Notes: generated from the letters alone by a model not told the origin. A stretch of DNA of 60,763 bases, filler included, from 5 parts of 5 records of this genome joined end to end with filler, not necessarily neighbours in it, one strand, 5' to 3'; positions 31,616 through 41,039 are shown, counted from the whole stretch's first letter. Program-made: numbers and translations.

Positions 31616-33385
31616 CTAATACATCATACCAACAATTGCTGCTGTCATTAAGCTGGCAATTGTTCCTCCGAGCAGAGCTTTCATCCCTAATTGCGACAAT
31701 AGACCTTTTCTTGAAGGCACCAACGAACCGATACCACCAATTTGAATACCAATAGAGGCAAAGTTTGCAAATCCGCACAGCATGTAAGTAGAGATAATAA
31801 CTGATTTTTCTGTCAATTCTCCAGAAGCTTTCAACTCTCCCAGTCTCGGGTAAGCAATGAACTCGTTTAATATCGTTTTTTGACCTAATAACTCTCCCAC
31901 CAATACCATGTCGACACTGTCTACACCAAGCATCCAAACAATTGGCGCGCCTACATAACCCAAAATGAATTGAAAAGATAGGCCGTCTTTATAAGGAGTA
32001 GACGCCGCAATCATTTGATTTAAATCGGTCACCTCTCCAACCCATCCCAAAATACCGTTACCCATTGCCATCAAAGCAATAAACACGAGTAGCATAGCAC
32101 CAACATTCACAGCCAACTTTAATCCGTCAGAGGTTCCATTTGCAATAGCCTCTAAAAGATTAGTTCCTATTTTCTCTTTGGTAACTGTTATTTCTTTACT
32201 TATTTCTTCTGTTTCAGGAACCAATATTTTTGCTGCGACTACTGCCGCAGGAGCTGAAATAATTGATGCCGTTAGCAAATGCTTAGCAAAAAACGCCTGT
32301 TCCACTGGGTCATCCCCACCAAGAAAAAACACATATGCCGCCAACACTCCTCCTGCAATGGTGGCCATCCCCCCAGTCATTAAACACATCATTTCTGACT
32401 TGGTCATCCCTAGCAAATAAGGCTTAACCAAAAGAGGTGATTCGGTCTGACCCAAAAAGACATTCCCAGCTGCAGCTAATGATTCAGCACCAGACATTCG
32501 CATAAATTTCTTCATGATCCAAGCAAAGACATAAACCACTTTTTGAACAATTCCTAAATAATAGAACATGCTCATTAAAGCTGAAAAGAAAATAATAGTT
32601 GGTAATACCTTAACAGCAAACGTTATTAAAGGGGCTTGCACCACTCCAACTCCCATTTGACCGAACAGGAAATCAACTCCACTATCTGTAAATGAGATAA
32701 CGTCCACGAAAAGACCGCTTAACCAATTGAAGCCTTGTTCAACAAATGGGACTTTTAATACTAAGAAAGCTATGACAACCTGAAGAATAGTCCCCTTAAT
32801 CACCAATCCCCAATCAATTTTCTTTTTGTTTGAAGAAAAAAGAAACGTCAATGCTAACAAAAAGGCCATACCGACAATGCCTCGAATAACCGAAGTAAAG
32901 GTCATGCCTTGCTCCACTTTTACCTCGCGCGTAAAATCTTTTCTATTTCCGCTTTCTTTAAGTACTAATGCGTTTTCAGTTAAAGAAATTACCTTAATCT
33001 CTTTTGAAGTGGTTTCAGCTATAACGGCACCTTCTATCTCTGATGCTACATGCTTTGAGTCGCTATAGAATGCGGTTGTTGAATTTCCATTTGATTGATT
33101 ACTGATTTCAATGGAATCAACCTTATATGAATTTGGCTCTACGTAATTAAGGTTTATAATTCCTTCATCATACTGCCAGATTCCATTAATACTTTCGGCA
33201 TACAATCCTGACTCAGAGAATTTCTGTCCAGACTCATCTTTGGTAAAAATAAAATAATCGGGGTTGTCTTCTACAGACTCGGATGAAAGAAGCCACTTAC
33301 CCACTAGCGGGTCAGGTTTGTCGGATTTACAAGAGCTTAATAAGCCCACAACTCCTAAGAGCAGTATAAATCCAAGTTTTTTCAC
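31616..33385 (-). CDS. CNT/NupC-family nucleoside transporter with N-terminal lipoprotein domain
   Basis: LPTIIFFSAL, FLGQTESPL, TGGMATIAGG, NEFIAY, LCGFANFASIGIQIGG; N-terminal LLSSC lipobox and ~140-aa soluble domain. Confidence 0.9.
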   Translation of the reverse strand: MKKLGFILLLGVVGLLSSCKSDKPDPLVGKWLLSSESVEDNPDYFIFTKDESGQKFSESGLYAESINGIWQYDEGIINLNYVEPNSYKVDSIEISNQSNGNSTTAFYSDSKHVASEIEGAVIAETTSKEIKVISLTENALVLKESGNRKDFTREVKVEQGMTFTSVIRGIVGMAFLLALTFLFSSNKKKIDWGLVIKGTILQVVIAFLVLKVPFVEQGFNWLSGLFVDVISFTDSGVDFLFGQMGVGVVQAPLITFAVKVLPTIIFFSALMSMFYYLGIVQKVVYVFAWIMKKFMRMSGAESLAAAGNVFLGQTESPLLVKPYLLGMTKSEMMCLMTGGMATIAGGVLAAYVFFLGGDDPVEQAFFAKHLLTASIISAPAAVVAAKILVPETEEISKEITVTKEKIGTNLLEAIANGTSDGLKLAVNVGAMLLVFIALMAMGNGILGWVGEVTDLNQMIAASTPYKDGLSFQFILGYVGAPIVWMLGVDSVDMVLVGELLGQKTILNEFIAYPRLGELKASGELTEKSVIISTYMLCGFANFASIGIQIGGIGSLVPSRKGLLSQLGMKALLGGTIASLMTAAIVGMMY

Positions 33386-33387
33386 TT

Positions 33388-33981
33388 TTAGTTGCGTTTG
33401 TTCAGCTCATCTCTAATTTCAGATGCTCTTTCGTAATCTTCTCTATCAATTGCCTCTTGCATAAGAGTAGATAACTCTTCTGTAGACATAGCGCTCAGCT
33501 CATTCGCATTCGTTCCTTCTTCAGCCTCTTCAATTTCAGCCTCCATTGTTTCTTCAGCCTCTTCCAATTCATCTTCTAATTGAATTCCTGCAGAGCTCAA
33601 AATATGCTCAAAAGTATAAACAGGACATTCGCAACGGATTCCTATAGCTATAGCATCAGACGTCCTTGCATCAATCTCCACTTCTTCTCCTTCTCTTTCA
33701 CAGATCAATTTAGAATAAAATACGCCCTCAATTAAATTATAAATAACAACCTCTTTTATGTTCACCACAAAAGACTCTGCAAAAGATTTAAAAAGGTCAT
33801 GAGTCAAGGGCCTTGAAGGCTTCATATTTTCAAGCTCTATGGCAATTGATTGCGCTTCAAATCCTCCAATAATAATGGGAAGGCGTCTCGAACCTTGCTT
33901 TTCAGAAAGCACTAGCGCGTATGCACCAGATTGTGTTTGGCTATAAGAAAGACCGATTATTTTTAACTCTATTTTCTCCAT
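33388..33981 (-). CDS. bifunctional nuclease (DUF151) with C-terminal UVR motif
   Basis: RLPIIIG.FEA, RPLTHDL, DARTSDAIA, EDYERASEIRDEL. Confidence 0.9.
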   Translation of the reverse strand: MEKIELKIIGLSYSQTQSGAYALVLSEKQGSRRLPIIIGGFEAQSIAIELENMKPSRPLTHDLFKSFAESFVVNIKEVVIYNLIEGVFYSKLICEREGEEVEIDARTSDAIAIGIRCECPVYTFEHILSSAGIQLEDELEEAEETMEAEIEEAEEGTNANELSAMSTEELSTLMQEAIDREDYERASEIRDELNKRN

Positions 33982-33989
33982 AAACATAA

Positions 33990-34014
33990 AAGGACTCCGT
34001 TAGGCGGAATCCTT
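33990..34014 (-). terminator. probable terminator hairpin after etfA
   Basis: Minus strand AAGGATTCCG..CGGAGTCCTT followed by TTAT. Confidence 0.5.
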
Positions 34015-34033
34015 AATGTGTAATACTAAAGTA

Positions 34034-34975
34034 CTAATTTTGAGATTTAAATTTCTCGATTTCTTCTTTTAATTTAGGAAGAACTTCAAATGCGTCTCCA
34101 ACTATCCCGTAATCAGCAGCTTTGAAAAACGGCGCCTCTGGGTCTGTATTAATAACTACAATAACTTTAGATCCGTTCACACCAGCAAGATGCTGAATTG
34201 CACCGCTAATACCTGCAGCAATATATAAGTTCGGACGAATAGCAACACCTGTTTGACCAACGTGCTCGTGATGAGGTCTCCATCCTATATCGGCAACTGG
34301 TCTAGAACATGCAGTAGCTGCTCCTAAAGCTTTCGCCAAATCTTCAACCATACCCCAATTTTCAGGGCCTTTTAAACCACGACCTGCCGAAACAACTAAC
34401 TCAGCTTCTGGCAATAATATATCCCCTTCCTGCTTTTGAACATCTTTAACTACTACGGATGCAGCACCTGCGTCTGCAGAAAATTCTTCAACACTCGCAG
34501 AACCTCCAGTTTCACCTACTTGAATTGAATTAGGTGTTAAAGCGATTATTTTTTTATCTGATTTAAAAGCTACGTTTCCAAAGGCTTTACCTGAAAACAC
34601 ATTTACTTTAACTGAACCGTCTGCAGCTGGCAAAGCTACCGCCCCTGAAGCTAATCCAGCCTTAAGTTTAGCAGATAATCTTGGGGCAACAGAACGACCG
34701 GTTAAATCTTGAGAGAAAACAATCGTTGATGCACCTTCAGCCTCTGCTGCAGCAGCAACAATGTTAGTGATTTGAGCTGCATCCCCTGTAGTCACTCCTC
34801 TGTGAACTAAAACTTTAGACGCCCCTACATTTCCTAATCCTGCTAATTCTGCTTCTCCAATTGAACCATTTGTTACAACGGTAGTTGTACCAATTTTACT
34901 TCCGTAATGAACCGCCTCTAATGCGTTTTTTGCAATTGAGCCGTTTAATGTATCTATATATACTAATACTGACAT
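34034..34975 (-). CDS. etfA: electron transfer flavoprotein alpha subunit
   Basis: VSAGRG, SRPVAD, VGQTG, GISGAIQHLAG, INTDPEAPFF. Confidence 0.95.
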   Translation of the reverse strand: MSVLVYIDTLNGSIAKNALEAVHYGSKIGTTTVVTNGSIGEAELAGLGNVGASKVLVHRGVTTGDAAQITNIVAAAAEAEGASTIVFSQDLTGRSVAPRLSAKLKAGLASGAVALPAADGSVKVNVFSGKAFGNVAFKSDKKIIALTPNSIQVGETGGSASVEEFSADAGAASVVVKDVQKQEGDILLPEAELVVSAGRGLKGPENWGMVEDLAKALGAATACSRPVADIGWRPHHEHVGQTGVAIRPNLYIAAGISGAIQHLAGVNGSKVIVVINTDPEAPFFKAADYGIVGDAFEVLPKLKEEIEKFKSQN

Positions 34976-34998
34976 TTTAATCTTTTTTTCGTGTGGAA

Positions 34999-35739
34999 TT
35001 AAATTACTTTCGCTTCGTTGTGTAATAAACTTACTAACTCAGCCATATTGTCTGGCTCTACATATTTACATGCCGATTTAGCTTCAGGTAGTGAATAACT
35101 TTGAAAGCTTACTAAATCATCACAAGCCGCAGGCTCAATCACCTCAAGAGGCTTTGTTCTAGCCGCCATAATTCCTCTCATGTTTGGAATTCTTTGTTCT
35201 GCCATTCCTTTTGCTGAGCTTACTACAAACGGTGTGTTCACTTCAACAATCTCAACTCCTCCGGTCATTTCTCTATTAACCGTAGCTACACTTTCGTTTA
35301 AGTCTAACTTAGATGCAAGAGAAACAAAGGGCTGACCAAGCATTTCCGCTATCATTCCTCCAACTTGTGAACCGTTGTAATTAATAGTTTCCTTTCCGGT
35401 GAAAACAATGTCAAACCCGTTTGCTTTGGCATATTCAGCAATTTGAAAAGCCGTGAAATAAGCATCATTTGCTTCAGCATTTACTCTAACTGCATTATCA
35501 GCACCAATTGCCAGCGCCTTTCTAATAATAGAATCATCTGCAGGAGTTCCTACGGTGATTGTAGTTACTGTTCCACCAGCGGCTTCTTTTAACTCTAATG
35601 CTCTTACTAAAGCATACCACTCGTCATAAGGATTTACAATATATTGAACCCCAGCTTCATTGAATTTAGAATTTCCTTCTGTAAAATCAATTTTACTTGT
35701 TGTATCTGGAGCTTTACTGATACATACTAAAAATTTCAT
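34999..35739 (-). CDS. etfB: electron transfer flavoprotein beta subunit
   Basis: PDT, VNPYDEWYAL, ALAIGAD, RIPNMRGIMAA. Confidence 0.95.
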   Translation of the reverse strand: MKFLVCISKAPDTTSKIDFTEGNSKFNEAGVQYIVNPYDEWYALVRALELKEAAGGTVTTITVGTPADDSIIRKALAIGADNAVRVNAEANDAYFTAFQIAEYAKANGFDIVFTGKETINYNGSQVGGMIAEMLGQPFVSLASKLDLNESVATVNREMTGGVEIVEVNTPFVVSSAKGMAEQRIPNMRGIMAARTKPLEVIEPAACDDLVSFQSYSLPEAKSACKYVEPDNMAELVSLLHNEAKVI

Positions 35740-35833
35740 GCGCTTTTACTAATTTGGTTATTGAGAATTCTCAAAATATTTAAAAATCAAGTCTTACAAG
35801 ATAAATCTTACTCAACTCATTAATTGCGAGCCG

Positions 35834-35841
35834 CAAATTTA
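35834..35841 (-). promoter_or_regulatory. Bacteroidota -7 box upstream of etfB
   Basis: TAAATTTG on the minus strand. Confidence 0.55.
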
Positions 35842-35907
35842 TCAAAATTCTGTTCATCTTGTATAGAATTCGACAGCTTTTTTATTATGCGTGAATAATA
35901 AATTACC

Positions 35908-36429
35908 TTAGAGTTTTGATGTTAACTCTTTAGACATTGGCTTCGTTCCACTTCTGAATCTATGTTCTACTTTACCTTGCTCATTTACCAGGATTTTCTC
36001 AAAATTCCATTTGATGTCACCTACAAAATCAACATTCTCTTGACTACACAGCCATTTAAATAAAGGGTGGATATCTTCCCCTTTCACAGAAACCTTAGCT
36101 GCCATTTGGAATGTCACGCCATAATTTTTCTTACAGAAACCGGCAATTTCTTCATTCGTTCCCGGCTCTTGCTTCCCAAAATTATTTGCAGGAAATCCTA
36201 TGATTACAAGTTCTTCTCCTACCTTTTCATGAAGCTCTTGTAAACCTTCATACTGACCCGTAAAACCGCATTCCGAAGCAGTATTTACAATTAAAATCTT
36301 TTTCCCTTTGTAGTCTGCAAATGATTTTTTCTCTCCATTTAAGGTTTCGAATTCAAAATCATAAATGTTTTCTTGAGCAAAGGACGCTCCACCTAACACC
36401 ATTAAGATCATTAAAATATTCTTTTTCAT
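35908..36429 (-). CDS. glutathione peroxidase family protein, Cys type, with signal peptide
   Basis: VNTASECGFT, GFPANNFG.QEPG, WNFEK. Start 36429 (MKKNILMILMVLGGASFA). Confidence 0.92.
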   Translation of the reverse strand: MKKNILMILMVLGGASFAQENIYDFEFETLNGEKKSFADYKGKKILIVNTASECGFTGQYEGLQELHEKVGEELVIIGFPANNFGKQEPGTNEEIAGFCKKNYGVTFQMAAKVSVKGEDIHPLFKWLCSQENVDFVGDIKWNFEKILVNEQGKVEHRFRSGTKPMSKELTSKL

Positions 36430-36470
36430 AATTTTTTGTTTTAGAACAATTGGACTGTAATTTAAGTTCA

Positions 36471-36854
36471 TTATTCAAGCCAATCAATCGCCAGTATGCA
36501 CAACCATAATAACCCTAAGCCTATTCCGAAAACTATAAATAAGGCCAATAACTCTAACTTAGGGTAAAACGGTTTAAAATCCTTAGGATTATTAGGGTTT
36601 AAAGATAGATCAACTGTTTCATTTATGGTTGCATCTTGCGCAATTAAATAGGTTTTTTTATTCTCAAACTTTTCTCCTCTATATTCAAAACTGACGGTAA
36701 CTATTTTACTCGGGGTTTTTGACCACCAATTTTTTTCTTCTTCAATAATTTCGATTATCCTTCCTTTAACCCGTGGTTGACGCCAGCCTATAACCACCTT
36801 AAACAATAAGATTAGACCTACTAAAAGCAATATGCAAGCAAAAATGAAAATCAT
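36471..36854 (-). CDS. membrane protein with two terminal TM segments (DUF3592-like)
   Basis: TM segment, beta-rich middle ending NPNNP, second TM segment. Confidence 0.6.
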   Translation of the reverse strand: MIFIFACILLLVGLILLFKVVIGWRQPRVKGRIIEIIEEEKNWWSKTPSKIVTVSFEYRGEKFENKKTYLIAQDATINETVDLSLNPNNPKDFKPFYPKLELLALFIVFGIGLGLLWLCILAIDWLE

Positions 36855-36934
36855 ACTTTGAATTTAACTGAAAATGTTCATTCTATTGAAAAGCGCTAAG
36901 AATAATTAAAAGAAATCTTAACTATATTTGAAAC

Positions 36935-37516
36935 ATGTTTAAACATTGGTTTTATCTTCTTTTATTCTGCGTTTCTTGTTCAAATGAATCATCAAATTTA
37001 TCCCTTGAAGAACAAGAAGATGTCGACACAACTTCAATGCAAGATGTCTCTGATGAAGGCGTACAAACGAACTCAGAATTAGAAGAACTCAAAGCCTTTC
37101 AGATAGAGGATATGCCAGATAAATGGATTGCTCTAACTGATATTAGCAATGGTGAGGGAGAGTTTGCCATTGAAAAGTATTGTGATGCAGGCACCCCCGA
37201 ATTGATGTTTTATAAAAATGATAGCGATTGGGAATTTTCTTGCTCATGGGGTCAGGATGGTGATTCTTGGAAAATTGACCATTTTGAAGGACAAGTCACC
37301 GATAATTTTGGGTCAGAATTAATAAAAGGCTATTTTATTTTGAAAAACCAACTCGTTTTTCCATCAGATACGATAACTTTTTCGTGGCAAACAGAAAATA
37401 AGATGTGTCAATTCGCAGACCTAAGCATGTCAAGCGAATATTTTGTGTCAGAAAAAAACAGTTCATTCTACTCTGTAAAAGAAGAAGATTGTGATGACTT
37501 TTTTGAAGAACCTTAG
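36935..37516 (+). CDS. acidic lipoprotein of unknown function
   Basis: Lipobox CVSC followed by an acidic linker. Confidence 0.7.
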   Translation: MFKHWFYLLLFCVSCSNESSNLSLEEQEDVDTTSMQDVSDEGVQTNSELEELKAFQIEDMPDKWIALTDISNGEGEFAIEKYCDAGTPELMFYKNDSDWEFSCSWGQDGDSWKIDHFEGQVTDNFGSELIKGYFILKNQLVFPSDTITFSWQTENKMCQFADLSMSSEYFVSEKNSSFYSVKEEDCDDFFEEP

Positions 37517-37519
37517 CCT

Positions 37520-38677
37520 ATGAAAGATCTATTCTTATTAAATCCAGAAATCACTTATTTAAACCATGGCTCCTTTGGGGCATGCCCAAGAGAAGTGTTT
37601 TCTGAGTATCAACGATTCCAATTAATGCTTGAGGCTGACTCTGTACAGTTCATGACTAAAACCGGGGTCCAACTTTTAGATGAATCAAAAAAAGCTTTGG
37701 CAAATTACATCAACTGTCCGAAAGAAGATTTAGTTTATGTGACCAACCCTTCTTGGGCCATGAATGTTGTCATTAAAAGTCTGGATTTAAAAGAAGGTGA
37801 CGAAATTCTGGCAACAGACCAAGAATATGGTGCAGTAGATAAAGCTTTTAATTATTATTGTAAGAAAACGGGAGCAAAATATATCCGACAAAAAATTAAT
37901 TTGCCCCTACTTTCTAAAGAACAATTTATTGAGGATTTTTGGAAAGGTCTTTCAACTAAAACAAAAGTGGTTTGTTTATCCCAAATAACAAGCTCTACCG
38001 CTTTAATATTTCCAGTAAAAGAGATCTGCGAAAAAGCAAAAGAACTTGGATTAATTACCATAATTGATGGCGCCCATGTACCAGCACATATTGATTTAGA
38101 TTTAAGTAAAATAAAAGCTGATGTATACACTGGTGCCTGCCATAAATGGATGCTGGCACCAAAAGGCAGTTCATTTTTATATGCCTCAAAAGAAATTCAA
38201 AACTCTTTAGACCCATTAATTATTTCTTGGGGTTATGACGCTCAATTTCCTTCTGATTCTCAATTTCAAGATTATCATCAATATCAAGGGACGAGAGATT
38301 TTTCTGCATTCTTGACCACGCCTGCATGTCTTGACTTTTTGAATAAAAACAATTGGAAGGATAAAACAGATGAAAGTAAGGCTTTGCTCAAACACTACTA
38401 TCCAATTGTTGCAAAAGAACTGAATAGCAGCCCAATTTGTGAAGTGTCAGATGAGTTTTTAGGTCAAATTTGTAGTATTCCTATTCAAACTCCAGACCCA
38501 ATAAAGTTAAAAGAAACGTTATTCAATGATTACAAAATAGAAATCCCTGTGATGAATAATGTAGGGCCAATCGTTTATACGCGTCTGTCTTTTCAACCCT
38601 ATAATTCCGAAAAAGAAATTGAAGTATTCCTGGATGCGGTAAGAGATATTAAAGGCAAGACGAATCTAATTGGCTAG
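37520..38677 (+). CDS. class V PLP enzyme (isopenicillin N epimerase / C-S lyase-like)
   Basis: YLNHGSFGACP, IDGAH, GACHKWMLAPKG, QGTRD. Confidence 0.85.
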   Translation: MKDLFLLNPEITYLNHGSFGACPREVFSEYQRFQLMLEADSVQFMTKTGVQLLDESKKALANYINCPKEDLVYVTNPSWAMNVVIKSLDLKEGDEILATDQEYGAVDKAFNYYCKKTGAKYIRQKINLPLLSKEQFIEDFWKGLSTKTKVVCLSQITSSTALIFPVKEICEKAKELGLITIIDGAHVPAHIDLDLSKIKADVYTGACHKWMLAPKGSSFLYASKEIQNSLDPLIISWGYDAQFPSDSQFQDYHQYQGTRDFSAFLTTPACLDFLNKNNWKDKTDESKALLKHYYPIVAKELNSSPICEVSDEFLGQICSIPIQTPDPIKLKETLFNDYKIEIPVMNNVGPIVYTRLSFQPYNSEKEIEVFLDAVRDIKGKTNLIG

Positions 38678-39924
38678 GCTTTTTCTTCCCAAATTTTCAC
38701 CAAGTGAACCATGGTTTTGACTGCCTTTTCCATATCCTGAACACTCACATATTCATGTTTAGAGTGGATCCCCATTTCACCAGTAAATAAATTCGGACAA
38801 GGAAGACCCATGAATGAAAGTCGCGACCCATCTGTTCCGCCTCTAATGATAACAGGTCGAGGCGTTATTCCTACTCGTTGCATGGCTTCAATAGCATTGT
38901 CAGTGACAAAAGGCACATCTTTAATTACCTCCTTCATATTCCGGTATTGCTCGGTAATTTTAAACTCTGCCGTTACACCCGGATACTTTCCGACTACATT
39001 GTTCAAAATATCCTTCAAGCGGTCTTCGTATTCTTTCAGCTTCGCAGTAATGTGATCTCTGATGATAAATTTAACTGTCGCTTTTTCAAGCACACCGGTA
39101 AAGGACATTGGGTGAACAAACCCTTCGCGATCACTAGTTGTTTCAGGAGACCATGAGTCTTTGGGAAGTTCATCAACAAATTCACTCGCAACTTTAATGG
39201 CATTGACCAATTTGTTTTTTGCATATCCTGGGTGCGCAGAAATACCATGAATAATCACCTCAACAGAGTCGGCTGAAAAGCTTTCGTCCTCAATTGAACC
39301 TAAGACTCCCCCATCTAACGTATATCCGTAATCAGCATTTAATCTTTCCATGTCGATATGGTCAACTCCTCTACCTATTTCCTCATCTGGCGTGAACAAT
39401 ATTCTCACTTTACCATGCTCAAAACCAGGGTTATTCATCATAAAATTTGCAAAATCCATTATACAGGCAACACCAGCCTTATCATCAGCACCTAACAAAG
39501 TAAGCCCAGAAGCTGTAATGATATCATCTCCAATTTTCTCTTTTAAATAAGGATGTTTTTCTGTTGTTATAATTTGCGTTGAATCGTCCGGTAAGGTAAT
39601 CGGATTACCATCATAGTTCTTATGCAAAATTGGTTTAACATCTTTTCCTGAACAATCCGGTGCGGTATCCATATGTGAACAAAAACAGATGGTCGGAATA
39701 TCTTTTGAACTATTAGCTGGTATGGTGGCATAAACATAACCCCACTCATCCATCTCAGCATCTGCCACTCCTATTTCCAACAACTCTTTTACTAACACTT
39801 TTCCAAGGTCTTTTTGTTTCATGCTTGATGGAAACGTTGTAGAATTTGGATCAGCTTCGGTATCTATTTTTGCATATTCAATAAATCGATCTGCTACAGT
39901 GTGCAAGTAATTTTCAAGGTTCAT
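38674..39924 (-). CDS. pepT: peptidase T (M20 tripeptidase)
   Basis: SHMDT, LGADDKAG, FTPDEEIG, HPGYAK, IRGGTDG. Confidence 0.95.
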   Translation of the reverse strand: MNLENYLHTVADRFIEYAKIDTEADPNSTTFPSSMKQKDLGKVLVKELLEIGVADAEMDEWGYVYATIPANSSKDIPTICFCSHMDTAPDCSGKDVKPILHKNYDGNPITLPDDSTQIITTEKHPYLKEKIGDDIITASGLTLLGADDKAGVACIMDFANFMMNNPGFEHGKVRILFTPDEEIGRGVDHIDMERLNADYGYTLDGGVLGSIEDESFSADSVEVIIHGISAHPGYAKNKLVNAIKVASEFVDELPKDSWSPETTSDREGFVHPMSFTGVLEKATVKFIIRDHITAKLKEYEDRLKDILNNVVGKYPGVTAEFKITEQYRNMKEVIKDVPFVTDNAIEAMQRVGITPRPVIIRGGTDGSRLSFMGLPCPNLFTGEMGIHSKHEYVSVQDMEKAVKTMVHLVKIWEEKA

Positions 39925-39963
39925 GTTGGTAATTTTAAGGTGACCAAATTTAATAATTCTGAA

Positions 39964-40533
39964 TTAGTCATTCTTTCTTTCACCAAAGAATATTCCCAGC
40001 CTCAATTTAATCTCGAATGAAATTTGCGCAAAAGTATGGACATAGGTATAGAGGTCCTGTTTACTTTCATAAACTGATGGGCCCGCTAAAAATTCAAAGT
40101 GGAATCTTTTTTTAAACCCACTCAATCCGATTGCTAACATTCCGTGATGCACGAAATTATCGTGCTCTGGATCAGCTGATTTACTAAAATTTACGAAGGG
40201 TTTATAAGCCAAACCAACTGTAAAAAAGAATAGCCTTTTTAGTCCAAATCGGTGATGATGATAACAGCCCATTTCAAATCCAAAACTGTTTAGCCTGGCT
40301 GAAGTTCCCAAGTTCTGTTTAGACAATCCACCAGTCAGGGTGTGGTAATTCCTATAACCGAGTCCACCCCAAAAATTATAATGATAAACTAGTCCGTAAC
40401 CAAGTCTGACTCTCATCAGATCAATAGAAATGCCGTGCTGATATTTCATTTGTGGCAATGTGTCCAGATAAAAATTCTGACTTTTGGCAGAGATGGCCAC
40501 AAACAAAAAAACTATTAGCAACTTGGGTTTCAC
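39964..40533 (-). CDS. secreted protein, probable small outer-membrane beta-barrel
   Basis: Signal peptide ending AKS-Q; aromatic/Gly amphipathic strands; ends LRLGIFF. Confidence 0.6.
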   Translation of the reverse strand: MKPKLLIVFLFVAISAKSQNFYLDTLPQMKYQHGISIDLMRVRLGYGLVYHYNFWGGLGYRNYHTLTGGLSKQNLGTSARLNSFGFEMGCYHHHRFGLKRLFFFTVGLAYKPFVNFSKSADPEHDNFVHHGMLAIGLSGFKKRFHFEFLAGPSVYESKQDLYTYVHTFAQISFEIKLRLGIFFGERKND

Positions 40534-40574
40534 ATAAATAGAACAGTTCGCTATACTAAAAAGTTACTTTCAAT

Positions 40575-40607
40575 AAAAAATGGGCTTCCTTTAGGAGGCC
40601 CATTTTT
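40575..40607 (-). terminator. intrinsic terminator, potentially bidirectional
   Basis: AAAAAATGGGCTTCCT-TT-AGGAGGCCCATTTTT. Confidence 0.85.
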
Positions 40608-40657
40608 CAACAGTAAGTAGCGTTCAAGGCTTTGAGCGCTGTGTAGAGTTTCTGAGT

Positions 40658-40735
40658 TTAATTGACTAGGTGGATCACCTCCACATTTGCGCACACGAAA
40701 ACTGTTTTACTTTCAGTTGCAACAAGATTAGTCAT
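40658..40735 (-). CDS. putative 25-aa small ORF MTNLVATESKTVFVCANVEVIHLVN, or structured RNA
   Basis: ATG..TAA with an A-rich upstream context, between a -7 box (40822-40829) and a terminator (40575-40607). Confidence 0.45.
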   Translation of the reverse strand: MTNLVATESKTVFVCANVEVIHLVN

Positions 40736-40821
40736 GATGGTCTTTTTAAAAGCCGTTAGCAAGAAATGCTAAAAAAATGGGCAAGTGGCTTTGTTGGACT
40801 TTTAATCCGAAATTTATTCGT

Positions 40822-40829
40822 CAAATTTA
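40822..40829 (-). promoter_or_regulatory. Bacteroidota -7 box for the small-ORF transcript
   Basis: TAAATTTG on the minus strand. Confidence 0.55.
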
Positions 40830-41039
40830 AACTCATTTCAATAATCACATACTCAGAATAGTAATTATTGCTTTCAGTAGAATTTAAGTTAAGCATTCAT
40901 TTAAAAATCGAATTAAGCTTTTAACGGTTTCAAACTAGGATTTTAACAACCTGTTCTCAAGGTGATCGCCAAAAGTTAGGGCAATTTACAACAAAATACT
41001 TTACAGCACAAATAATTTTTACGGCTTAAAAGCAATCTA

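Noticed and set aside
31539-31937. 132-aa minus-strand ORF
   Set aside because: Alternative frame overlapping the 3' end of the nucleoside transporter.
36268-36270. Selenocysteine in the glutathione peroxidase
   Set aside because: The active-site codon is TGC, not TGA.
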